Shown: positions 40,160 to 51,005, counted from the stretch's first letter. The stretch is 64,000 nucleotides of DNA from Gemmatimonadota bacterium (GCA_003222035.1 QHUS01000092.1:8202-72201); one strand, 5' to 3'. Numbers and translations: made by a program. Notes: generated from the letters alone by a model not told the origin.

Positions 40160-40834
40160 GTGTTCGACAACCTGATCGAGTCCAAGCGCAAGAAGAGCGG
40201 CGGCAAGACGGCGGGTGTCGGGGCCGTGTCGCTCATCGTGCACACGGTCGTGATCGCCGGGGCGGTCTACGCGACGCTCAACGCCGGTCAGACCGACAAC
40301 AGCGTCAAAGTGGATACCGCGATGGTGTTCGTCGACCAGCCGAAGCAGGAGAAGCCACCGGAGCAGCCCGTGCAGCTCGACGTCCCGCTCAAAGGGTTCC
40401 AGACCGTCGTCGCGCCCGACGTGATCCCGACGAACATCCCGCCCGTCAATCTCCAGGAGCATTTCGATCCGAAGGACTATTCGGGTTCGGGCGTGGAGGG
40501 TGGCCTCGCCACCGGGATGGTGCCGACCGGCAACGAAGTATTCATGGAAGCGATCGTCGAAGAGAAACCCACGGTTCTGTCGGGACCGATCCCCGTATAT
40601 CCCGAGCTCTTGAAGCAGGCACAGATTCAGGGTCGCGTGCTCGTGCAGGCGATCGTGGACACGCTCGGCCGCGCCGAGCCGACGTCGGTCAAGGTGTTAC
40701 AGAGCCCCAACGCCGGGTTCGATCAGTCCGCGAAGAACTACGTGCTGAAGGCGCTGTTCCGGCCCGCGCGCGTGCACGGCCGGGCCGTCCGCGTCCTGAT
40801 TCAGATCCCCATCGATTACCGCATCAAACAGTAA
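40160..40834 (+). CDS. tonB: TonB energy transducer
   Basis: SLIVH TM motif, YPELLKQAQIQGRV, FRPARVHGRAVRV; first gene of tonB-exbB-exbD-exbD. Confidence 0.85.
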   Translation: MFDNLIESKRKKSGGKTAGVGAVSLIVHTVVIAGAVYATLNAGQTDNSVKVDTAMVFVDQPKQEKPPEQPVQLDVPLKGFQTVVAPDVIPTNIPPVNLQEHFDPKDYSGSGVEGGLATGMVPTGNEVFMEAIVEEKPTVLSGPIPVYPELLKQAQIQGRVLVQAIVDTLGRAEPTSVKVLQSPNAGFDQSAKNYVLKALFRPARVHGRAVRVLIQIPIDYRIKQ

Positions 40835-40882
40835 GATGCACGACCTCACCCTCGGTCTAGGCCCAAAGGAGCCTTCCGCCAC

Positions 40883-41632
40883 ATGAGTCTGTCGCTCTAC
40901 GAACTGTTCATGACGATGGGCCCCTTCGCCAAGTTCATCGTCCTGGTGCTGGCGCTGATGTCGATTTTCTCGTGGACCAGCGCCTTCCAGAAGCTGTATC
41001 ATATCCTGCGGTCCCAGGGCGAGACGCGCCGGTTCGCCCCGGAGTTCTCGCGTTTCCTCCAGGAAGAGCAGCTCGACGGCGCGATCAAGCTCGCCGAGAA
41101 ACAGAAGAAGAGCCACGTCGCCCGCGTCGTAGGAGAGGCGCTCGCCGAGGTCAAGCCGCTCTTGCGGGATCGGGCCACCATCACCGCTGCCGACATCAAT
41201 TCGGTCGAGCGCGCGGTCGAGCGGGAGATCCTCATCGTCTCGGCCGAGCTGAAGCGCGGCCTGGGCATTCTCGCGACCACGGGATCCACCGCGCCGTTCG
41301 TCGGTCTGCTCGGCACCGTGATGGGGATCGTGAACGCCTTCACCGGCATGGCGGCCTCGGGCGGCGGCGGCTCGCTCGCGTCGGTGTCCGCCGGTATCGC
41401 CGAGGCGTTGATTACCACCGCCTTCGGCCTCATCGTCGCCATTCCGGCGGTCTGGCTGTACAACTACTTCACCACGAAGATCGACTTCCTCTCCGTCGAG
41501 ATGACCTACACCTCGAAGGAGCTGATCGACTACCTGATCAAGAGCGTCGGGTCGGAGTTCGGCCGCTCGATCTTCACGAAGGAATTCCAGACGCAGAAGG
41601 CGTCGCAGACCAGTGGCCCTGTCAGCCACTAG
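40883..41632 (+). CDS. exbB: MotA/TolQ/ExbB proton channel
   Basis: TAPFVGLLGTVMGI, GIAEALITTAFGLIVAIPA. Confidence 0.9.
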   Translation: MSLSLYELFMTMGPFAKFIVLVLALMSIFSWTSAFQKLYHILRSQGETRRFAPEFSRFLQEEQLDGAIKLAEKQKKSHVARVVGEALAEVKPLLRDRATITAADINSVERAVEREILIVSAELKRGLGILATTGSTAPFVGLLGTVMGIVNAFTGMAASGGGGSLASVSAGIAEALITTAFGLIVAIPAVWLYNYFTTKIDFLSVEMTYTSKELIDYLIKSVGSEFGRSIFTKEFQTQKASQTSGPVSH

Positions 41633-42071
41633 CGCCCGCGCGGCCGTCAAGGCCGACATCAACGTCACGCCGCTGATCGACGTGATGCTGGTGCTGCTCA
41701 TCATCTTCATGATCGTCACGCCCCTGATCGCCGCGGGGTTCCAGGCGACGCTGCCGCGTTCCGCGAATCCCGAAAACCGTCCGGAAGGGCCGGACGAGGT
41801 CCGACTGGGAATCGACAAGGACGGCAAGTTCTACCTCGATGTGGGCAGCGGGCCGCGTGTGATTGCGGACCAGGAGCTGCCGGCACGGCTGCAGGCGCTG
41901 TACGAGACGCGGACGCAAGACAAGATCTTGTTTCTCAAGGCCGACCAGAACATCGAGTTCGGCCGGGTGCAGCAGGCGATCGAGATCTCCCGGCAGGCGG
42001 GGGTTCGCGTGGTCGGTGCCATCACCGAGCAAAAGCAGTCGCTCACGAAAAAGAAGAAGGAAGGGGGCTGA
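41613..42071 (+). CDS. exbD: ExbD/TolR biopolymer transporter
   Basis: DINVTPLIDVMLVLLIIFM, LKAD. Confidence 0.9.
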   Translation: MALSATSARAAVKADINVTPLIDVMLVLLIIFMIVTPLIAAGFQATLPRSANPENRPEGPDEVRLGIDKDGKFYLDVGSGPRVIADQELPARLQALYETRTQDKILFLKADQNIEFGRVQQAIEISRQAGVRVVGAITEQKQSLTKKKKEGG

Positions 42072-42074
42072 CCC

Positions 42075-42494
42075 ATGGCGATGGCGTCCGGCGGCGGCGG
42101 TGAGGGGCTCAGCTCCGACATCAACGTCACACCGCTGATCGACGTGCTGCTGGTGCTGCTGATCATCTTCATGATCACGCAGCCCCTGTCCCGCAAGGCG
42201 TTCGACGTGCAGGTGCCGCCGAAGCAACAGACGAAGTCCAAGACACCGCCCAGCAGCCAGATCGTGCTCGAGCTGCGGCCGGACGGATCGTACGCGATCA
42301 ACGGCCAGCCGTACGCGCTGAACCAGCTCGAGCAGGCGTTTCGCCAGATCTACGATCCGCGTCCAGCGAAGCTCCTGTTCATCAAGGCCGCGCCGAGCCG
42401 CAAGTACCTCGACGTGATGCAGGCGATGGACATCGCCCACGCCGCTGGGGTGCAGGTCATCGGGTTCACACCCCCCGAGCAGCCCAAACAATAG
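42075..42494 (+). CDS. exbD: Second ExbD/TolR biopolymer transporter
   Basis: DINVTPLIDVLLVLLIIFM. Confidence 0.88.
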   Translation: MAMASGGGGEGLSSDINVTPLIDVLLVLLIIFMITQPLSRKAFDVQVPPKQQTKSKTPPSSQIVLELRPDGSYAINGQPYALNQLEQAFRQIYDPRPAKLLFIKAAPSRKYLDVMQAMDIAHAAGVQVIGFTPPEQPKQ

Positions 42495-42526
42495 CCGGTG
42501 GAGGGGCCGGGGCCGAGCAAGCCAAG

Positions 42527-42552
42527 AGGGGCGCAGCGTGCTGCGCCCCTAC
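42527..42552 (-). repeat. GTAG-type REP-like palindrome
   Basis: Minus strand GTAGGGGCGCAGC-AC-GCTGCGCCCCT; perfect 11-bp inverted repeat, intergenic. Confidence 0.55.
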
Positions 42553-42582
42553 TTTCATGGTGCTGGGGTATCTATCCCCGTG

Positions 42583-43287
42583 ATGCCGACCGCTCTCCCC
42601 GGGCTCCGTCTGCCGCTCGGCCGCCGTCGTCTCGGGCCGGGGGCCGCAGTGGCGATATTCGTGCATGCGGCGATCGTCGGGGCCCTCCTGATCCACGGGC
42701 GTGAGCTGGCGCGGCGCGGGCCGGGGGGGGGCGGCTCGCGGGCGCCGAGCGGCGGCGTGAACTTCTTCGCCATTCCCGGAGCGGCGCCGGCGGCTGTGGA
42801 TGTGGCGCCGCCGCTGCGTCTCACCGTCTCCGATGTTGCCACGCTGCGCCGGATTCAGGTCGAGCTGCCCCCGCTCGAGCCCCTGCGCACCACAGTGTCG
42901 GCGCCGCTGCAGGATTACCGGGTCGTAGGAGATGGCGGCGGGGGCGGCGGCGCGGGGCCCGGCGCGACGGCGGGGTCCGGTGCGGGGATGGGGACTGGAA
43001 CGGGCAGCGAAGCGGGTTACATTTTTCCCGCCTCGCCGCGGACCGCGATTCTACCGCCGCCGGGCCAGGTGCCGGGCTCCGTGGCCGGTCACACCCTCCG
43101 GGTGAAGTTTTGGGTAGCGACGGACGGCCGCGTGACGCGCGTGGAAGTCAACCCGCCGATCGCCGACGGGGCCTACAGCCGGGAGTTCCAGCAGCGCATG
43201 ATGGCGTACCAGTTCTACCCGGCCCACACCCGGGACGGGCAGAGCGTGGCGGGCGTCGTCACCATCTCTGTTCGCATCGGTCACTAG
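42583..43287 (+). CDS. Divergent TonB-like protein
   Basis: AIFVH TM, Gly-rich linker, VKFWVATDGRV..V...FYPAHTRDGQSV TonB_C-like. Confidence 0.65.
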   Translation: MPTALPGLRLPLGRRRLGPGAAVAIFVHAAIVGALLIHGRELARRGPGGGGSRAPSGGVNFFAIPGAAPAAVDVAPPLRLTVSDVATLRRIQVELPPLEPLRTTVSAPLQDYRVVGDGGGGGGAGPGATAGSGAGMGTGTGSEAGYIFPASPRTAILPPPGQVPGSVAGHTLRVKFWVATDGRVTRVEVNPPIADGAYSREFQQRMMAYQFYPAHTRDGQSVAGVVTISVRIGH

Positions 43288-43302
43288 GAGTCATAACTCA
43301 CT

Positions 43303-45360
43303 ATGCTCATTGCCATCGTGCTGGGGCTGTCTGTCCTCGCCCTGGCCGTCGCCTGGGGTCTGCGCGGCTTCGTGCTGCGGCAGGACAACGGCACCCCCGA
43401 CATGCGGAAGATCTCCGACGCGATCCAGGAGGGTGCCCAAGCGTTCCTGCGGCGCCAGTACCGCACGATCGGTTCCCTGAGCATCGCGCTCGGCGTGCTC
43501 ATCTACCTGCTGTACGCGTTCTTCCGCAAGCCGCATCCCGGCGAGCCCGCGGCGACCACGCTCGCGCTCACGACGACCCTCTCCTTCCTGTTCGGCGCCC
43601 TCTGCTCCGGCGTGGCCGGTCTCGTGGGGATGTACGTCGCCGTGCGGTCCAACATCCGGACCGCCAGCGCGGCGCGCTCGAGTCTCAACAAGGCGCTGCA
43701 GATCGCGCTGCGGGGCGGCGCCGTGAGCGGGCTGTTCGTGGTGGCGATGAGCCTGTTCGGCGTGAGCCTGCTCTACAGCGTGCTCGACGCCCTGCACTTC
43801 GAGCCGACCAAGATCCCTCTCATGATCGTGGGCTACGGTTTCGGGGCGTCGTTCGTCGCGCTGTTCGCCCAGCTGGGGGGCGGCATCTACACCAAGGCCG
43901 CGGACGTCGGCGCCGATCTCGTGGGAAAGGTGGAGGCGGGCATCCCCGAGGACGACCCCCGCAATCCGGCCGTGATCGCGGACCTGGTGGGCGACAACGT
44001 GGGCGACTGCGCGGGTCGCGGTGCCGACCTGTTCGAGTCGACGGCGGCCGAGAACATCGGCGCGATGATTCTCGGCGCGGGGCTCGCGTCGGCGAACCTC
44101 GGCGTGTTCAGCCCGGCGCAGGTCGTGGGCCTCATGCTGTTTCCGCTGGTGGCGCGGGCGTTCGGACTCGTCGCGTCCATCATCGGCGTCCTCGTCGTGA
44201 AGGCCCGCGAAGACGAGGACCCGATGCGCGCGCTCAATCGGGGCTACATGTGGACCGCAGTGCTCGCCGCCGCCGGCTTCGTGGGTGGGACGTACTGGCT
44301 GCTCAACCCCGCTGGATATCCGGCCGCCTGGTGGCACTTCGCGCTGTGCGGTGTGATCGGAATCGCGACTTCGATCGCCTTCGTTTATATCACGCAGTAC
44401 TACACCGAGTACCGCTACCGTCCCGTGAAATCGATCGCCGCTGCCTCCGTCACCGGTCCGGCGACGAACATCATCGCGGGGTTTGCCGTCGCCCTCGAAT
44501 GCACCGCGCTGCCGACCTTCGCGATCTCGGCGGCGATCATCGCCTCCTACAGGCTGGGGGCGTCGAGCGGGCTCGCGCATGCCGGGCTGTTCGGGACGGC
44601 GGTGGCCACGATGGGGATGCTGGGCACGGCGGCGTAAGCCATCCGCAAACGCACCGATCGGCTCGACGCCGTCGGCAACACGACCAAGGCGCTCACCAAG
44701 GGCTACGCCATCGGTTCGGCGGCGCTCGCCGCCTTCCTGCTCTTCTCTGCCTACCTGGACGAGGTGGCCGCCCTCGGCTCCCCGCTCGCCGCCGTCGACA
44801 TCTCGAAGCCCGAGGTGTTCGTGGGCGGCCTGCTGGGCGCGATGCTGGTGTTCTGGTTCTCGGCGCTCGCGATCGGGGCGGTGACGAAGGCGGCGGTCAG
44901 CGTAATCAAGGAGGTGCGGCGCCAGTTCCAGGCGGACCCCGGCATCCTCAAGGGGACGTCGCGTCCTGACTACGGCACCGCCGTGGACATCGTGACCATC
45001 GGTGCCCTCAAAGCAATGGTGGCGCCGGGTCTGCTCGCGGTGGCGATGCCGATCGCGGTCGGGCTGTTCTTCAAGCTATTCCATCTCGGGGCCGAGACCG
45101 TGGCCGCATTCCTCATGGTCGGGACGATCGGCGGCATCTTGATGGCCACGCTGCTCAACAATGGCGGCGGCGCGTGGGACAACGCGAAGAAGTTCATCGA
45201 GACGGGCGAGTACGGCGGGAAGGGGAGCCCGACCCACAAGGCCGCCGTGGTTGGTGACACGGTGGGCGATCCGTTCAAGGACACCGCCGGCCCGTCGCTC
45301 CATGTGCTCATCAAGCTCTTGAGCACGGTCACGCTGGTGCTGGCGCCGCTCTTTGTCTAG
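43303..45360 (+). pseudogene. hppA: Membrane proton-translocating pyrophosphatase (K+-independent type), in-frame stop at deletion junction 44635-44637
   Basis: GGGIYTKAADVGADLVGKVE, EDDPRN, DNVGD, GNTTKA, GDTVGDPFKD; the conserved D.(F/Y)GPI.DNAGGI.EM segment is absent. Confidence 0.88.
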
Positions 45361-46861
45361 CGCGCGGCAGCTCCTTCGGCGCAAGCCGATCTCGGAGCTG
45401 CTGGTCGAGGGAGGAAGTCCCTACGCGCTGAAACGGGCGCTCGGAGCGGGCGACCTCATCATGCTGGGCATCGGCGCGGTGATCGGTGCCGGCATTTTCG
45501 GGGCGATCGGTACCGCCGCGGCGGGGCAATACGACGCGGCCGGTCACCTGGTGCGGAGCGGGGCAGGGCCCGCGTTGGTGCTGTCCTTCCTGCTGCTCGG
45601 CGTGGCATGTGCCCTGGCGGGCCTGTGCTACGCCGAGCTCGCCGCGATGATCCCGCAGGCCGGCAGCGCCTACGCGTACACGTACGCGACCCTGGGAGAG
45701 TTGGTCGCGTGGATCATCGGCTGGGACCTCATTCTCGAGTACGCGGTCGGCAACGTGGCCGTCGCCATCTCGTGGGGTGATTACTTCACGTCGCTGCTCG
45801 GCAGCTTCCACGTTCACCTGCCGGCCTGGCTCGTTACCGGGTACCGTACGGCGCTCCTGTCTCCCGATGCCGGCGTGCACGGCTTGCTGCAGACCGCTCC
45901 ACACGTCCTGGGCGTACCGATCCTGGTGAACCTGCCGGCCTTCGTGATCGTCGCGCTCATCACGTGGCTGCTCATGCTCGGCGTACGCGAGAGTGCCACG
46001 GCCAACAACATCATGGTGACGATCAAGCTGCTCGTACTGGGGTTGTTCATCGTCGCCGGGCTCACGCACCTCAGTGCCGCGAACTACCACCCGTTCGCTC
46101 CCAACGGGTTTCGCGGCGTCCATCAAGGCGCCGCGATCGTGTTTTTCGCGTACATCGGTTTCGACGCCATCTCCACCGCGGCGGAGGAAACCAAGAACCC
46201 GCAGCGAAACCTGCCGATCGGCATTCTGGGTGGACTCGCCATCTGCACCGTGATCTACATGATCGTCGGTGCGGTACTCACGGGGATGGTCCCGTACAGC
46301 GAGTTGGGTGTCGCCGATCCGCTCGCGAAGGCGCTGAACAGTGCCGGCTTCACGACGGTCGGCTGGATCGTCGCGCTGGGCGCGATCGTCTCGATGTCGG
46401 CGGTGCTGCTCGTGTTCCAGTACGGGCAGCCGCGGATTTTTTTTGCGATGGGGCGCGACGGGCTGCTGCCACCCTGGGCTGCCCGGGTGCACCAAAGGAC
46501 TCGGGTCCCGTACATCACGACGCTCATCACCGGCATCTTCGTGGGCCTGTGGTCCCTGATCGGCGATGCCGGCGAGACCTACAACCTCACCAACATCGGA
46601 ACCCTGTTCGCGTTCGTGCTGGTGTGCGTCGGTGTCCTGGTGCTGCGCCATACGGACCGTGATCGCCCGCGACCGTTTCGCGTGCCGCTGGTATGGGTCG
46701 TCTCGCTCACGGGTGCTGCGCTCTGCGTGTTCGTGATGGTCGGGCTGCCCGGTGAAACCTGGTGGCGGTTCGCGATCTGGCTCGCGATCGGCCTCGCCCT
46801 CTACGTCTTCTACGGGTTCCGCCACAGTCGCCTGCATGCCCCGACGGGCCTCAGACAGTGA
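45353..46861 (+). CDS. APC family amino acid permease (cationic amino acid transporter-like)
   Basis: GIGAVIGAGIF, CYAELAAMIPQAGSAY, FFAYIGFD, RPFRVP. Confidence 0.92.
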   Translation: MSSARQLLRRKPISELLVEGGSPYALKRALGAGDLIMLGIGAVIGAGIFGAIGTAAAGQYDAAGHLVRSGAGPALVLSFLLLGVACALAGLCYAELAAMIPQAGSAYAYTYATLGELVAWIIGWDLILEYAVGNVAVAISWGDYFTSLLGSFHVHLPAWLVTGYRTALLSPDAGVHGLLQTAPHVLGVPILVNLPAFVIVALITWLLMLGVRESATANNIMVTIKLLVLGLFIVAGLTHLSAANYHPFAPNGFRGVHQGAAIVFFAYIGFDAISTAAEETKNPQRNLPIGILGGLAICTVIYMIVGAVLTGMVPYSELGVADPLAKALNSAGFTTVGWIVALGAIVSMSAVLLVFQYGQPRIFFAMGRDGLLPPWAARVHQRTRVPYITTLITGIFVGLWSLIGDAGETYNLTNIGTLFAFVLVCVGVLVLRHTDRDRPRPFRVPLVWVVSLTGAALCVFVMVGLPGETWWRFAIWLAIGLALYVFYGFRHSRLHAPTGLRQ

Positions 46862-48153
46862 AGCTCCACACCAAGATCGTGCTGGGCCTGGTGCTCGGTG
46901 CCGGCTCCGGCGTGGCGGCGAATCAGCTCGCGCCGGGCGCCGCCTGGGTGCGCTGGGTCGGTGACAACGTCGCGGGACCCGTGGGGCAGGTGTTCCTCCG
47001 CATGCTGCTCATGACGGTGATCCCGCTCGTGTTCACGTCTATTACGCTCGGTGTGGCGGGGATCGGGGACATCCGCAAAGTCGGCCGGGTCGGGATCCGG
47101 ACGCTCGCGTACTTCCTGGTCTCGACGGCCCTCTCCGCGGCCATCGGCCTGGCGCTCGTCAACGTCTTCCAGCCGGGCACCGGTCTCGCCGCCGAGGTGC
47201 GCGAGCAGCTGATGACGACCTACCGCTCACAGGCGCAGGGACTACAGGCCGCCGGCACGACGCATTTCGGCATCGACACCTTCGTCAACATGGTACCACG
47301 CAACCCGATCCAGGCCGCCGCCGGGATGGACCTGCTGGGCGTGATCTTCTTCTCGCTCGTTTTCGGGGCGGCGCTCACCTTGATCCCGGAGGAGCGGGCC
47401 CGGCCGCTGCTGCGGGTGCTCGACGCCGTCGGCGAGGCGGTCGTGAAGATCATCGACCTGGCGATGAAGCTCGCGCCGTATGGCGTGTTCGGGCTCATTT
47501 TCTTCACGACCTCCCGCTTCGGGTGGGGCTTGCTGCGGCAGCTGGGGCTGTACGTCGTCATCGTGCTCCTCGGGCTGCTGATTCACGGAGCCGTGAGCCT
47601 GTCGCTGCTGGTGCGCGCGCTGGGAGGGCTCGCGCCGCGCGTATTCTGGAGCCGCATCCGCGCGAGCATCGTCACCGCGTTCTCGACCAGCTCGAGCAAC
47701 GCCACGCTCCCGACCAACATCGCCGTCGCCGAAGAAGAACTGAAAATCCCCCCACAGATCGCGGGCTTTGTGCTCCCGCTCGGCTCGACGATGTGCATGA
47801 ACGGCACGGCGCTGTACGAGGGCGTGACGGTGCTGTTTCTGGCGCAGGTGTTCGGTGTGTCGCTCGATCTCGGGACGCAGGTCGTCGTGCTGGTCTTGAG
47901 TGTCATCACCGCGGTCGGTGCGGCGGGGGTGCCGGGTGGCTCGCTGCCGCTCCTCATGGTCGTGCTGGCCACCGTGGGCGTGCCGGCCGAGGGGATCGCG
48001 ATCATCCTGGGCGTCGACCGCATCCTCGACATGTGCCGCACGACGATCAACGTGTGCGGGGACCTGACGGCGGCGGTGTACGTCGCGCGGACAGAGAGCG
48101 ACTGGGATCCGCGCGACGTGAACGAGGCGTCCCGCCTGCCGCAAGCGGCGTAG
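46858..48153 (+). CDS. Dicarboxylate/amino acid:cation symporter (GltP-like)
   Basis: FSTSSSNATLP, MNGTALY, GAAGVPGG, GVDRILDMCRT. Confidence 0.92.
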   Translation: MKLHTKIVLGLVLGAGSGVAANQLAPGAAWVRWVGDNVAGPVGQVFLRMLLMTVIPLVFTSITLGVAGIGDIRKVGRVGIRTLAYFLVSTALSAAIGLALVNVFQPGTGLAAEVREQLMTTYRSQAQGLQAAGTTHFGIDTFVNMVPRNPIQAAAGMDLLGVIFFSLVFGAALTLIPEERARPLLRVLDAVGEAVVKIIDLAMKLAPYGVFGLIFFTTSRFGWGLLRQLGLYVVIVLLGLLIHGAVSLSLLVRALGGLAPRVFWSRIRASIVTAFSTSSSNATLPTNIAVAEEELKIPPQIAGFVLPLGSTMCMNGTALYEGVTVLFLAQVFGVSLDLGTQVVVLVLSVITAVGAAGVPGGSLPLLMVVLATVGVPAEGIAIILGVDRILDMCRTTINVCGDLTAAVYVARTESDWDPRDVNEASRLPQAA

Positions 48154-48197
48154 GTCGGGAGAGGCTCATTCCCCAGCCTCCAAAGCCTCGCCGTTGC

Positions 48198-51005
48198 TCA
48201 GAACTCGTAGCGCACGCCGAGCTGCCCCTGCCGCGGGGCGTAGACGCCGCTCTTCTGGCTGTACTTCGCGTCGGTCTGGCGGCCGACGAAGCCTGAGTAG
48301 TTGTCCCAGTTGAAGATGTTGAACGCTTCCGCGCTCACGCTGAGCCGGCGGGCGCCGCCCACCGCCACGCCCTTGGCGAGGCGCAGGTCCACGGTCCGGT
48401 ACATGTTGTTCCAGGCCGCCACGGGCCGGATGACTCTGTTGGCGCTGTCGCCCACGAAGTCGTCGGCGGTGTTGCCGTCATTGTTCCTGTCCGGGCCGAC
48501 CGTGGCGACGTAGGGCCGTGGCGCCGCGAAAATCGCGACCGCCGACAGCTTCAGGCCATACGGCAGATCGCCGATCTGCGACAGGACCAGGCGCCACCGC
48601 TCATCCGCCGTCGTCGGCTGCATGACCAGCCAGGCGCGGTCGTTGTAGTTCCCGAGACCCTCGAACTCCGACTGGTACGAGCCCAGCGTGCCGGCCACGT
48701 TGAGCCGCAACCCGGGCCGGTCGTAGGTCACCCCGAGAATGAGCGCGTCGAACTTGGCGCGGCCTACGTCATCGTACAGGGTGATGGTGCCGTAGTTGTT
48801 GGTCAGCTGGCGCTGGCCCGTCACCGCGTCGCGCCAGTTGGGGGTAAGCTGCACGTACAGGTGGCGCGCATCCTGGTGAATGTAGTCCAGGTTGACCGCC
48901 AGCTGGTCCGTGACCTGGTGCCCGATCCCGATGGAGACCTGTCGGTTCTCGGGCGTCTTCATGTTGGTCTTGAGAAGATTGATGTTGGGCGGCGTGGTGC
49001 CCCCGCCGTTCAGCACGATGCGCCGCAGCGAGTCGGGGTCGGTCGTGCCCGGGTTCGCGAAGTCGTAGGAGCGCCACCCCGCCGATTGCTTCTCGAAGAA
49101 TGCCATGAAGGTGGTGATGCGGTCGTACATGATGCCGGCGCCGCCCCGCAGGAAGGTGCGGTGGTTCGGGAACACGTCCCACGAGAAGGCGACGCGCGGG
49201 CCGAGGTTGTTCAGGTCGTTCTTGCGCTGGCCCGTGTTCAGGAAGTCGGCGAGCTGCGGGATCGCCTGGAGCGTGGGGTCGCTCGCCCAGGGCACGGTGT
49301 AGCCGTTGTTCAGCGTGTTGATCTCGGCGTCGTAGCGGAGGCCCGCGGTGACCTGGAGGTTCGGTCGCGCCTGCCACTGGTCCTGAAGGTACGCACCGGT
49401 GCTCCAGCCATTCGTGATGGCACGGGCGTCTTCGGTCGAATTGGGGTCGAAGAAGCCGACGCCGATACGCCCGAGGTTGGGGAGCGAGCTCGAGTCCAGG
49501 GTGAAGCGGAAGAAGCCGTCCTGATTACTGGGCAGCCAGCTGTTCGTGCGGACGCGGGCCAGCTCGATACCGCCGGTGACGATGTGCCGGCCGCCGCCCA
49601 ACGTGCGCGTGGCCCGGTCGATGAGCCGGACGTGCGTCTCCTTGAGGACAAGGGGGAAGCCCGCCGTGCCGAAGGTGATGCTGGGGTACACCAGCGTGAC
49701 GCCGGGCTCGAGCGGCGACTCGTTGTGGCTCCACAACAGCACGTTCAGCGAGAGCTCATTGACGAACCCGGAGGTGGGCGTGTACGTGTCTCGGAGCTGT
49801 GCGCTGTGGATCGAATACTTAGCATTGATCCCGGCGTTGTGCGCTATCGCGTCGCCAAAGTTCGTCTCACTGTTGTAGTAGCGACCGGCCCACACCAGGT
49901 CGAGGGTGTGGGAGCGGGAGAGCGGAGCCGTGAGCCGCACGACGCCGGTGTGGTTCTGAGTCGGTGCCTTGAAGGTTCCGGCGAAGGCATCCCAGATGTC
50001 GGGTTGGTACGTTGGCCGCCCGGGCACGACGTTGAAGCCGTCGTCGATGCTTTGTCCCTCGTAGCTGACCGCGAAGAACAGCTTATCACGCCGGATCGGG
50101 CCACGCAGGTTGAAGCCGAACTGGGCCCGGCCGTAGTCTGGGATGGAGAGGCCGGGGTGCGCAGCCAGGTATTCCCGCTGGGACAAGTCGAGCGCCCTGA
50201 GGCTCGTGGCCTGGCCATAGCCAAAGACGGACCCGTGGAGGTCGTTGGTGCCGCGCTGCGTCACGGCGCTGATGACGAACGACGCCCCGCGTGTGTACTG
50301 GGCGTCGTACGGGTTCAAGTGGACGCGAAACTCGCGCATCGCCTCCTGCGGCAGCGGCGAGCCGGTCTGGGGAATCCCGACGAGGTTGCCGTTGAAGAAG
50401 CTTTTCCACTCCGCCCCGTCCAGGTAGAAATTCCAGAAGCGCAGGTCCGGCAGCGAGCCTGACGACGGCAGCGACCGGCCCGCGGTGGGCGCGAAGGTCT
50501 TTATGCCCGGCACAATAGCCGCCAGGTTCATCGTGTTGCGGCTGTTCAAGGGCAGGTTGAGAATCTCGTTCGTCACGACCAGCGCGGAGACGTCGTTGCG
50601 CTGCACCTCGAAGCTGGGCTCACGCTGGTGCGCGACCTCCACAGCCTCGAGCGCCACGGCGGCCTGCTGGAGCTGGAAGTCGAGCGTCGCGTGCTGGCCG
50701 ACCAGGAGCTCGATGTCGCGCTCCTGCGCCCCGTAGCCCAGCAGGGCGACGCGCAGGTGGTAGGCACCGGGCGGCAGGCCGACGATGGTATACGTCCCCT
50801 GCGCCGACGTGACGGCGCTGCGCTGCTGCCCGGTCTCACGGTTCGACACCGTGATCTGGGCGGCCGCGAGCGGCGCGCCGGCCGCGCCGGTGACGCGGCC
50901 CTGCAGGTTGACCGTGTTCTGTGCGGGGAGGCCGACGGCGCCGGCGACGAACCATGCGGCGGCCAGCAGCACGGCGCGGAGTCGGTGAGCAAGTGGAGAC
51001 GACAT
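48198..51005 (-). CDS. TonB-dependent receptor (Oar-like, N-terminal carboxypeptidase-regulatory domain)
   Basis: Signal peptide; G.Y....LPPG.Y; NNLGPRVAFSWD; EAFNIFN; terminal GVRYEF. Confidence 0.9.
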   Translation of the reverse strand: MSSPLAHRLRAVLLAAAWFVAGAVGLPAQNTVNLQGRVTGAAGAPLAAAQITVSNRETGQQRSAVTSAQGTYTIVGLPPGAYHLRVALLGYGAQERDIELLVGQHATLDFQLQQAAVALEAVEVAHQREPSFEVQRNDVSALVVTNEILNLPLNSRNTMNLAAIVPGIKTFAPTAGRSLPSSGSLPDLRFWNFYLDGAEWKSFFNGNLVGIPQTGSPLPQEAMREFRVHLNPYDAQYTRGASFVISAVTQRGTNDLHGSVFGYGQATSLRALDLSQREYLAAHPGLSIPDYGRAQFGFNLRGPIRRDKLFFAVSYEGQSIDDGFNVVPGRPTYQPDIWDAFAGTFKAPTQNHTGVVRLTAPLSRSHTLDLVWAGRYYNSETNFGDAIAHNAGINAKYSIHSAQLRDTYTPTSGFVNELSLNVLLWSHNESPLEPGVTLVYPSITFGTAGFPLVLKETHVRLIDRATRTLGGGRHIVTGGIELARVRTNSWLPSNQDGFFRFTLDSSSLPNLGRIGVGFFDPNSTEDARAITNGWSTGAYLQDQWQARPNLQVTAGLRYDAEINTLNNGYTVPWASDPTLQAIPQLADFLNTGQRKNDLNNLGPRVAFSWDVFPNHRTFLRGGAGIMYDRITTFMAFFEKQSAGWRSYDFANPGTTDPDSLRRIVLNGGGTTPPNINLLKTNMKTPENRQVSIGIGHQVTDQLAVNLDYIHQDARHLYVQLTPNWRDAVTGQRQLTNNYGTITLYDDVGRAKFDALILGVTYDRPGLRLNVAGTLGSYQSEFEGLGNYNDRAWLVMQPTTADERWRLVLSQIGDLPYGLKLSAVAIFAAPRPYVATVGPDRNNDGNTADDFVGDSANRVIRPVAAWNNMYRTVDLRLAKGVAVGGARRLSVSAEAFNIFNWDNYSGFVGRQTDAKYSQKSGVYAPRQGQLGVRYEF

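Noticed and set aside
44635-44637. Programmed stop read-through or naturally split hppA
   Set aside because: An essential conserved motif is missing at the same spot, so the TAA is a deletion-junction product.
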